A stretch of DNA of 43,705 nt from Nemertoderma westbladi (Eukaryota; Animalia; Xenacoelomorpha). Positions 13,201 through 25,200 of this stretch are shown piece by piece. The stretch covers positions 1 to 43,705 of the forward strand of contig JAUCBJ010004879.1 in NCBI GenBank assembly GCA_032718475.1. Reading direction: 5' to 3'. A program made the position numbers and the translations under genes. Under the pieces are notes generated by a model, which worked only from the letters and a program-made list of their open reading frames with translations, made no database searches and had not been told where the DNA came from. Position 1 is the stretch's first letter; every line of letters starts with the position of its first letter.

Positions 13201-16200
13201 TTGTAAGAGTAGACCCCATGGAGTGGGTGAGACAGGTGTGTTGTAAGAGTAGACCTCATGGAGTGGGTGAGACAGGTGTGTTGTAAGAGTAGACCTCATG
13301 GAGTGGGTGAGACAGGTGAGTTGTAAGAGTAGACCTCATGGAGTGCGTGAGACAGGTGAGTTGTAAGAGTAGACCTCATGGAGTGGGTGAGACAGGTGTG
13401 TTGTAAGAGTAGACCTCATGGAGTGGGTGAGACAGGTGAGTTGTAAGAGTAGACCTCATGGAGTGCGTGAGACAGGTGAGTTGTAAGAGTAGACCTCATG
13501 GAGTGGGTGAGACAGGTGAGTTGTAAGAGTAGACCTCATGGAGTGCGTGAGACAGGTGAGTTGTAAGAGTAGACCTCATGGAGTGGGTGAGACAGGTGAG
13601 TTGTAAGAGTAGACCTCATGGAGTGGGTGAGACAGGTGAGTTGTAAGAGTAGACCTCATGGAGTGCGTGAGACAGGTGAGTTGTAAGAGTATACCTCATG
13701 GAGTGGGTGAGACAGGTGTGTTGTAAGAGTAGACCTCATGGAGTGGGTGAGACAGGTGAGTTGTAAGAGTAGACCTCATGGAGTGGGTGAGACAGGTGAG
13801 TTGTAAGAGTAGACCTCATGGAGTGGGTGAGACAGGTGAGTTGTAAGAGTAGACCTCATGGAGTGGGTGAGACAGGTGAGTTGTAAGAGTAGACCTCATG
13901 GAGTGGGTGAGACAGGTGAGTTGTAAGAGTAGACCTCATGGAGTGGGTGAGACAGGTGAGTTGTAAGAGTAGACCTCATGGAGTGGGTGAGACAGGTGAG
14001 TTGTAAGAGTAGACCTCATGGAGTGGGTGAGACAGGTGAGTTGTAAGAGTAGACCTCATGGAGTGCGTGAGACAGGTGAGTTGTAAAAGGTAGATCTCAT
14101 GGAGTGGGTGAGACAGGTGAGTTGTAAGAGTAGACCTCATGGAGTGGGTGAGACAGGTGTGTTGTAAGAGTAGACCTCATGGAGTGGGTGAGACAGGTGA
14201 GTTGTAAGAGTAGACCTCATGGAGTGGGTGAGACAGGTGAGTTGTAAGAGTAGACCTCATGGAGTGGGTGAGACAGGTGAGTTGTAAGAGTAGACCTCAT
14301 GGAGTGGGTGAGACAGGTGAGTTGTAAGAGTAGACCTCATGGAGTGGGTGAGACAGGTGAGTTGTAAGAGTAGACCTCATGGAGTGTGTGAGACAGGTGA
14401 GTTGTAAGAGTAGACCTCATGGAGTGGGTGAGACAGGTGTGTTGTAAGAGTAGACCTCATGGAGTGGGTGAGACAGGTGAGTTGTAAGAGTAGACCTCAT
14501 GGAGTGGGTGAGTTGTAAGAGTAGACCTCATGGAGTGGGTGAGACAGGTGAGTTGTAAGAGTATACCTCATGGAGTGGGTGAGACAGGTGTGTTGTAAGA
14601 GTAGACCTCATGGAGTGGGTGAGACAGGTGAGTTGTAAGAGTATACCTCATGGAGTGGGTGAGACAGGTGTGTTGTAAGAGTAGACCTCATGGAGTGGGT
14701 GAGACAGGTGAGTTGTAAAAGGTAGATCTCATGGAGTGGGTGAGACAGGTGAGTTGTAAGAGAGACCTCATGGAGTGGGTGAGACAGGTGAGTTGTAAGA
14801 GTAGACCTCATAGAGTGGGTGAGACAGGTGAGTTGTAAGAGTAGACCTCATGGAGTGGGTGAGACAGGTGAGTTGTAAGAGTAGACCTCATGGAGTGGGT
14901 GAGACAGGTGAGTTGTAAGAGTAGACCTCATGGAGTGCGTGAGACAGGTGAGTTGTAAGAGTAGACCTCATGGAGTGGGTGAGACAGGTGAGTTGTAAGA
15001 GTAGACCTCATGGAGTGGGTGAGACAGGTGAGTTGTAAGAGTAGACCTCATGGAGTGGGTGAGACAGGTGAGTTGTAAGAGTAGACCTCATGGAGTGGGT
15101 GAGACAGGTGAGTTGTAAGAGTAGACCTCATGGAGTGGGTGAGACAGGTGAGTTGTAAGAGTAGACCTCATGGAGTGGGTGAGACAGGCGAGTTGTAAGA
15201 GTAGACCTCATGGAGTGGGTGAGACAGGTGAGTTGTAAGAGTAGACCTCATGGAGTGGGTGAGACAGGTGAGTTGTAAGAGTAGACCTCATGGAGTGGGT
15301 GAGACAGGTGTGTTGTAAGAGTAGACCTCATGGAGTGGGTGAGACAGGTGAGTTGTAAAAGGTAGATCTCATGGAGTGGGTGAGACAGGTGAGTTGTAAG
15401 AGAGACCTCATGGAGTGGGTGAGACAGGTGAGTTGTAAGAGTAGACCTCATAGAGTGGGTGAGACAGGTGAGTTGTAAGAGCAGACCTCATAGAGTGGGT
15501 GAGACAGGTGAGTTGTAAGAGTAGACCTCATGGAGTGCGTGAGACAGGTGAGTTGTAAAAGGTAGATCTCATGGAGTGGGTGAGACAGGTGAGTTGTAAG
15601 AGTAGACCTCATGGAGTGGGTGAGACAGGTGAGTTGTAAAAGGTAGATCTCATGGAGTGGGTGAGACAGGTGAGTTGTAAGAGAGACCTCATGGAGTGGG
15701 TGAGACAGGTGAGTTGTAAGAGTAGACCTCATGGAGTGGGTGAGACAGGTGAGTTGTAAGAGAGACCTCATGGAGTGGGTGAGACAGGTGAGTTGTAAGA
15801 GTAGACCTCATGGAGTGGGTGAGACAGGTGAGTTGTAAGAGTAGACCTCATGGAGTGGGTGAGACAGGTGAGTTGTAAGAGTAGACCTCATGGAGTGGGT
15901 GACACGCGACACGGGTGAGTTGTAAGAGTAGATCTCATGGAGTGGGTGAGACAGGTGAGTTGTAAGAGTAGATCTCATGGAGTGGGTGAGACAGGTGAGT
16001 TGTAAGAGTAGACCTCATAGAGTGGGTGAGACAGGTGAGTTGTAAGAGTACACCTCATGGAGCGGGTGAGACAGGTGAGTTGTAAGAGTAGACCTCATGG
16101 AGTGCGTGAGACAGGTGAGTTGTAAGAGTAGACCTCATGGAGTGGGTGAGACAGGTGAGTTGTAAGAGTAGACCTCATGGAGTGGGTGAGACAGGTGAGT

Positions 16201-19200
16201 TGTAAGAGTAGACCTCATGGAGTGGGTGAGACAGGTGAGTTGTAAGAGTAGACCTCATAGAGTGGGTGAGACAGGTGAGTTGTAAGAGTACACCTCATGG
16301 AGCGGGTGAGACAGGTGAGTTGTAAGAGTAGACCTCATGGAGTGCGTGAGACAGGTGAGTTGTAAGAGTAGACCTCATGGAGTGCGTGAGATAGGTGAGT
16401 TGTAAGAGTAGACCTCATGGAGTGGGTGAGACAGGTGAGTTGTAAGAGTAGACCTCATGGAGTGGGTGAGACAGGTGAGTTGTAAAAGGTAGATCTCATG
16501 GAGTGGGTGAGACAGGTGAGTTGTAAGAGAGACCTCATGGAGTGGGTGAGACAGGTGAGTTGTAAGAGTAGACCTCATGGAGTGGGTGAGACAGGTGAGT
16601 TGTAAGAGAGACCTCATGGAGTGGGTGAGACAGGTGAGTTGTAAGAGTAGACCTCATGGAGTGGGTGAGACAGGTGAGTTGTAAGAGTAGACCTCATGGA
16701 GTGGGTGAGACAGGTGAGTTGTAAGAGTAGACCTCATGGAGTGGGTGACACGCGACACGGGTGAGTTGTAAGAGTAGATCTCATGGAGTGGGTGAGACAG
16801 GTGAGTTGTAAGAGTAGATCTCATGGAGTGGGTGAGACAGGTGAGTTGTAAGAGTAGACCTCATGGAGTGGGTGAGACAGGTGAGTTGTAAGAGTAGACC
16901 TCATGGAGTGGGTGAGACAGGTGAGTTGTAAGAGTAGACCTCATGGAGTGGGTGAGACAGGCGAGTTGTAAGAGTAGACCTCATGGAGTGGGTGAGACAG
17001 GTGAGTTGTAAGAGTAGACCTCATGGAGTGGGTGAGACAGGTGAGTTGTAAGAGTAGACCTCATGGAGTGGGTGAGACAGGTGTGTTGTAAGAGTAGACC
17101 TCATGGAGTGGGTGAGACAGGTGAGTTGTAAAAGGTAGATCTCATGGAGTGGGTGAGACAGGTGAGTTGTAAGAGAGACCTCATGGAGTGGGTGAGACAG
17201 GTGAGTTGTAAGAGTAGACCTCATAGAGTGGGTGAGACAGGTGAGTTGTAAGAGCAGACCTCATAGAGTGGGTGAGACAGGTGAGTTGTAAGAGTAGACC
17301 TCATGGAGTGCGTGAGACAGGTGAGTTGTAAAAGGTAGATCTCATGGAGTGGGTGAGACAGGTGAGTTGTAAGAGTAGACCTCATGGAGTGGGTGAGACA
17401 GGTGAGTTGTAAAAGGTAGATCTCATGGAGTGGGTGAGACAGGTGAGTTGTAAGAGAGACCTCATGGAGTGGGTGAGACAGGTGAGTTGTAAGAGTAGAC
17501 CTCATGGAGTGGGTGAGACAGGTGAGTTGTAAGAGAGACCTCATGGAGTGGGTGAGACAGGTGAGTTGTAAGAGTAGACCTCATGGAGTGGGTGAGACAG
17601 GTGAGTTGTAAGAGTAGACCTCATGGAGTGGGTGAGACAGGTGAGTTGTAAGAGTAGACCTCATGGAGTGGGTGACACGCGACACGGGTGAGTTGTAAGA
17701 GTAGATCTCATGGAGTGGGTGAGACAGGTGAGTTGTAAGAGTAGATCTCATGGAGTGGGTGAGACAGGTGAGTTGTAAGAGTAGACCTCATAGAGTGGGT
17801 GAGACAGGTGAGTTGTAAGAGTACACCTCATGGAGCGGGTGAGACAGGTGAGTTGTAAGAGTAGACCTCATGGAGTGCGTGAGACAGGTGAGTTGTAAGA
17901 GTAGACCTCATGGAGTGGGTGAGACAGGTGAGTTGTAAGAGTAGACCTCATGGAGTGGGTGAGACAGGTGAGTTGTAAGAGTAGACCTCATGGAGTGGGT
18001 GAGACAGGTGAGTTGTAAGAGTAGACCTCATAGAGTGGGTGAGACAGGTGAGTTGTAAGAGTACACCTCATGGAGCGGGTGAGACAGGTGAGTTGTAAGA
18101 GTAGACCTCATGGAGTGCGTGAGACAGGTGAGTTGTAAGAGTAGACCTCATGGAGTGCGTGAGATAGGTGAGTTGTAAGAGTAGACCTCATGGAGTGGGT
18201 GAGACAGGTGAGTTGTAAGAGTAGACCTCATGGAGTGGGTGAGACAGGTAAGTTTGTATTTTATTTATAGCGCTGCAATGGATATTTTGTGTTATTATTT
18301 CAAAGATACAAATTGTCGCGAAGACAAAAAAATAAATATTTTTGAAGGTAAATGTAAAATAAATAATTAATAATTACGATCGGATATCAGCGACTATCCA
18401 ATGCATCCGGACACTAACCAGTCCAGCCAAACTCTATCTGGGGTGCTACCAGACACTAACCAGTCCACCCGGACACTATCCGGAGCACTCGGACACTAAC
18501 GAGTCCTCCCGGACACTATCTGGAGCACCCGGACACTAACCTATCCACCCGCAATCAAACCAGTCCACCCGGACACTATCCGGAGCACGCGGACACTAAC
18601 CTATCCACCCGCAATCAAACCAGTCCACCCGGACACTATCCGGAGCACCCGGACACTAACATGTCCACCCAGTCACTAACCAGTCCACCCGGACACTAAC
18701 CTGTCCACCCGGACAATATCCGGTGCACCCGGACACTAAGATGTCCACCCGGACACTAACCAGTCCAGCCTGACACTATCTGGAGCACCCGGACACTAAC
18801 CAGTCCTCCCGGACACTATCCGGGGATTCCGGACACTACCCGGTGCTCCCGGACACTATCTGGAGCACCCGGACACTAACCTGTCCACCCGCAATCTAAC
18901 CAGTCCACCCGGACACTATCCGGCGCACCTGGACACTAGCCAGTCCACCCAGTCACTAACCAGTCCACCCGGGCACTATCTGGAGCACCCGGACACTAAC
19001 CTGTCCATCCGGACACTAACCTGTCCACCCGGACACTAACCTGTCCACCCGGACACTAACCTGTCCATCCAGACACTATCTGGATCACCCGGACGGGACA
19101 CCAACCTGTCCATCCGGACACTATCTGGATCACCCGGACGAGACACTAACCTGTCCACCCGGACACTACCTGGATCACCCGGACACTAACCTGTCCACCC

Positions 19201-22200
19201 GGACACTAACCTGTCCACCCTGACATAATCAATCCACCCGGACACTATCCGGAGGCACCCTGACACTAATCAATTAACCCGGACACTAACCTGTCCACCC
19301 GGACACTAACCTGTCCACCCGGACACTAACCGGTCACCCGGACATTAACCTGTCCACCCTGACACATAATCAATCCACCCGGACACTATCCGGAGGCACC
19401 CTGACACTAATCAATCAACCCGGACACTAACCTGTCCACCCGGGCACTAACCTGTCCACCCGGACACTAACCTGTTACCCGGACACTAACCTGTCCACCC
19501 TGACACTTAATCAATCCTCCCGGACACTATCCGGAGCACCCGGACACTAACATGTCCACCCAGTCACTAACCAGTCCACCCGGACACTAACCTGTCCACC
19601 CGGACACTAACCAGTCCAGCCTGACACTATCTGGAGCACCCGGACACTAACCAGTCCTCCCGGACACTATCCGGGGATTCCGGACACTACCCGGTGCTCC
19701 CGGACACTATCTGGAGCACCCGGACACTAACCTGTCCACCCGCAATCTAACCAGTCCACCCGGACACTATCCGGCGCACCTGGACACTAACCTGTCCACC
19801 CAGTCACTAACCAGTCCACCCGGGCACTATCTGGAGCACCCGGACACTAACCTGTCCATCCGGACACTAACCTGTCCACCCGGACACTAACCTGTCCACC
19901 CGGACACTAACCTGTCCATCCAGACACTATCTGGATCACCCGGACGGGACACCAACCTGTCCATCCGGACACTATCTGGATCACCCGGACGAGACACTAA
20001 CCTGTCCACCCGGACACTATCTGTATCACCCGGACACTAACCTGTCCACCCGGACACTAACCTGTCCATCCGGACGCTATCTGGATCACCCGGACGAGAC
20101 ACTAACCTGTCCACCCGGACACTATCTGGATCACCCGGACACTAACCTGTCCACCCGGACACTAACCTGTCCACCCTGACATAATCAATCCACCCGGACA
20201 CTATCCGGAGGCACCCTGACACTAATCAATCAACCCGGACACTAACCTGTCCACCCGGACACTAACCTGTCCACCCGGACACTAACCGGTCACCCGGACA
20301 TTAACCTGTCCACCCTGACACATAATCAATCCACCCGGACACTATCCGGAGGCACCCTGACACTAATCAATCAACCCGGACACTAACCTGTCCACCCGGG
20401 CACTAACCTGTCCACCCGGACACTAACCTGTTACCCGGACACTAACCTGTCCACCCTGACACTTAATCAATCCTCCCGGACACTATCCGGAGCACCCTGA
20501 CACTAATAAATTCACCCGGACACTAACTGGAGCACCCTGACACTAATCAATCCACCCGGACACTATCATGAGGCACCCTGACACTAATCAATCCACCCGA
20601 ACACTATCATGAGGCACCCTGACACTAACCTGTCCATCCGGACACTATCTGGATCACGCGGACACTAACATATCCACCCGGACACTAATCAATCCACCCG
20701 GACACTATCCGGAGGCACCCTGACACTAATCAACCCACCGGACACTATCCGGAGCACCCTGACACTAATCAATCCACCCGGACACTATCCGGAGCACCCT
20801 GACACTAATCAATCCACCCGGACACTATCCGGAGCACCCTGACACTAATCAATCCACCCGGACACTATCCGGAGCACCTGACACTAATCAATCCACCCGG
20901 ACAATAGCCGGTGAACATAGACACTAACCTGTCCATCCAGACACTATCTGGATCACCCGGGCGGGACACTAATCTGTCCACCCAGATTCTATCTGGATCA
21001 CCCGGACACTAACCTGTCCACCCGGACACGAATCAATCCACCCGGACACTATCCGGAGGCACCCTGACACTAATCAATCCACGCGGACACTAACCGGTCA
21101 CCCGGACATAACCTGTCCACCCTGACACATAATCATTCCACCCGGACACTATCCGGAGGCACCCTGACACTAATCAATCAACCCGGACACTAACCTGTCC
21201 ACCCGGACACTAACCTGTCCATCCGGACACTAACCTGTCACCCGGACACTAACCTGTCCACCCTGACACTTAATCAATCCCCCCGGACACTATCCGGAGC
21301 ACCCTGACACTAATCAATTCACCCGGACACTATCCCTGGCACCCTGACACTAATCAATCCACCCGGACACTAACCTGTCCACCCTGAAACTAATCAATCC
21401 ACCCGGACACTATCATGAGGCACCCTGACACTAATCAATCCACCCGCAATCTAACATGTCCATCCGGACACTATCTGGATCACCCGGACACTAATCAATC
21501 CACCCGGACACTATCCGGATGCACCCTGACACTAATCAATCCCTCCGGACAATATCCGGAGGCACCCTGACACTAATCAATCCACGCGGACACTAACCGG
21601 TCACCCGGACATAACCTGTCCACCCTGACACATAATCATTCCACCCGGACATTATCCGGAGGCACCCTGACACTAATCAATCAACCCGGACACTACTAAC
21701 CTGTCCACCCGGACACTAACCTGTCCACCCGGACACTAACCTGTCACCCGGACACTAACCTGTCCACCCTGACACTTAATCAATCCCCCCGGACACTATC
21801 CGGAGCACCCTGACACTAATCAATTCACCCGGACACTATCCCTGGCACCCTGACACTAATCAATCCACCCGGACACTAACCTGTCCACCCTGACACTAAT
21901 CAATCCACCCGGACACTATCATGAGGCACCCGCAATCTAACATGTCCTTCCGGACACTATCTGGATCACCCGGACACTAATCAATCCACCCGGACACTAT
22001 CCGGATGCACCCTGACATTAATCAATCCCCCCGGACAATATTCGGTGAACATAGACACTAACCTGTCCACCCGGACACTAGCACTACTTATTTAGATAAT
22101 ATTTATCGCTTACTATCTATTCACTCTCGCAATAACTGCCGTGCCATGAATCTACTGTTGTATTTTTCCCCAGACTCGAGAAGTTCAGCTGGCCATGGAG

Positions 22201-25200
22201 AGGCGGGACTTCGCATTGGCGAAACAGCTTAGGGGGCGAAGTTTCATCAGGAATCTCGAGATATTTCGACTTATAAACACTCGTAAACCTACAGTGCAGG
22301 CGGACTGCGTACAGAAAGGGAAAGCCCATGTTAGTGACTCAATTAATTATGTTTGTTGGGGGGTGTTGGTGGGTTTGTGTGGCTATGTTAGGTTAGTCAG
22401 ATTTTTCAATTATATGTTTTAGCGCAATATGATATATATCGTGTACATCACAATCGTTTACTAAACTGTGCCGGTATGTTCCTGCTGCTGCTTCTACTTG
22501 GGAGAGGGAAATTCAAATAACCAATAAATACAATCAATGATCAGCTATTTTCAGTTAATAGGTTTAATACTAAGTATAGGTGTTTGGGTTTTAACCGAAT
22601 TTATATCTGACCCTTCTTGATTATTTCATTACCTTTCCAAGACTTCAAATATTCGGCTTCTGAGATTCTGCCACTGTTATTATAATGTATTTACTTTGTT
22701 TATGCAGCTTGTAAGTATGTAAATGTTGTGTAGAGTCAATGAGATGCACCTATTACCTCGTATTTACACTGAACTGGGAGGATGATGGGGGGGGGGGGGG
22801 GGGGGTGGGGTGATCATTGGGGTAAATGAAAGGTTCCATCCCTTTTCTTTATATTCGTCTTTCAACGTTTTCCATGCACGAGAATATCAATAACCTCCTG
22901 CAGTTACCTAAGATAGCATGTATCGTATCCAACAACAACAACCTGTCGTCTACCCTTACCCTACCCACCCATTATCAATGTTTAATGTTTCACTTTCTCA
23001 ATTACAGTTTGAAACATATTGCATTTACGTATCTGTTAACTAATTGTTTGACACTCAATTTGTATTGTATAATTAATTAATATTTGATTTGTTTACTAAT
23101 ATGAGTAGTAAGTAATTATACGATACTTTATGAGTAATAATACTAATGACGTTCTTACCGGGCTGCCAGGGTAACCACGCATGAATTCCACCAGATCATT
23201 GTAATTTTCGCTTAAGCCCCGTTCACATCCAACGGAACGGTACACCGCGGGGTGTACCACAAGGCCAGACCGCTGAGTGTGAACGACCAAGCGGTATACG
23301 AGCGGTGTCTGAGCTGTAAATTATTTTGATTACCGCTGACTATGAACGACCAAACATCTAGTTGTGCGGTACACCGCGCTGTTTACCGCAGGCTATTGAA
23401 ATGATGATAATAAAGTGATTGTCCAGACTGTTTTAATTAACTCTGAACAGATAGACGAACAGTTACCGCAAGGGCACCGTCGATTGTGAAGGTCTTTAGT
23501 AAAGTTGTTTTGGCGTCGAGGTGGGATCGAACTGGCGACCTCCAGGTTGCAAGTCTGGCGCTCCAACCATTCCGACTTTATGGTATTCAAACTGTAGATA
23601 CCAACTATCTATTGCCTCTGCTCTCAACCATGTTATACTTAGTCGACTTACATAATTATTATAATACGTATCATGCACTTTACTTGCCTTTCCCATCATG
23701 TTGGTCTTCCTGTATATTTGGTGGCCGTATTAATATACAGCATTAAGGCTGCATTACCTTACTACCATGTCATTACCATTGCATAACTAGGGACTAAACT
23801 CTACCCTTACTGCGTGGCTCGCCCCGAAACAACGACAAACTATTACTCTTAATCGATTAACCCAACCGCAAATGGCCCCGATCTCACTTATTTTATTTCT
23901 GTGGGGCGAGACACGTAGTCGGGGAGGCTTGGCATACGGTTCATATAGGCTCCAATGGGGCATGTCCGTCCGTCCCTCCGTCCGTCTGTCTGGTAAATTT
24001 TTGAACGCGAATTTCTCGGCATCGCTGGTTCGGAATTGAACCAAACTTAGATAAGTAGGAGAGGGAAAGTTTAGAAAATTTGTGAAGTTTGGTGAAAAAT
24101 CATACAGTCAGACGTCAGCTACAACAGATTGTGTTTTTTACAAAATGTTACAATTTCTCAGGAATGCCTCATTTTTCAGAGCTGAAATTTTGGTTTCTCG
24201 TAGATAATCATGAAGGGGACTCTTAGGCCGCGTTCACACTACCGAGTCAAAGTCAAAATAAAATAAAGATAGCTAGCTGGCAATAATAAATAATAATACA
24301 TTATATAGGCCTAATATATAACATTTAAGGGGATTCTAGAAAAAAATAAATTTCATGTTTTGTGATTTATATTTTGTCTTTTGACTTTGACTTTGACTCG
24401 GTAGTGTCAACGCGGCCTTACACTTTACCGTGCCATTATAGCCATATTTTGATATAATAAAATGATCTTAAAATATTTGTTCTAGAACAAAAAAAAATTG
24501 TTCTAGAACAAAATTTGTATATTGAAACAAAAAGAAACAAAAACTAGCTAGTATAAAAAAATAATACAAAGATAATATACAATAAAAATTAACAAATTAG
24601 CTATTGCTTTGTATTTTTTGTTCTAGAACAAAAAATATTTGTTCTCGAACAACATTTTTATATGTGGATTGATAATGTTCTAGAACATTTAAAAAAACAG
24701 GAAACAAAAACTAGCTAGCTTGCCATTTTGCAATTTTTTGATATAATAAAATGATAGTTTTTAATCTATCATATCATAATTAGGGAAACTAGAAGGAAGT
24801 GAATGAAGTGTATCCGGTTTAGTAACAAACAATAAAAACATTAGCTACACAAGACGTAACAAAATGTAATTGTACGTAGAGTAAATTACGGTATCACTTG
24901 CGTAAATATATATTATATAATTATAACAATTTTATTTTTTTGAATTATATTGAATATGTAGGTGGCACTGCAAACTGTAAGAGTGCCTCATGAAGTCTAT
25001 CTTATACGAAATTGAAAAGTTAAGACAGTTAATTGGAGATCCGCTACAGACTCAGTAATAATTGCGTAGGCCTATCCGTACATTTAATGCTGATAATGTT
25101 TATCAGTGATTACGAAATTGCAGTATAAAACTTGAATACCTTCATAGACCAGCTCGTTACCTCGAGCGGTGTTGGCTGAATGGATAAGGCGTTGGACTAC

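Noticed and set aside
7345-17544. Many 67-107 aa minus-strand ORFs (MYLQREPT..., MRSTLTTH...)
   Set aside because: They are by-products of the 52-bp and 40-bp arrays, recurring at repeat offsets.
22786-22810. Poly-G tract
   Set aside because: A simple homopolymer with no additional evidence of function.
23211-23390. Harbinger-like end ttaagccccgttcaca with internal palindromes (ggtacaccgcggggtgtacc)
   Set aside because: No matching opposite terminus was found, so boundaries cannot be supported; probably a transposon fragment.
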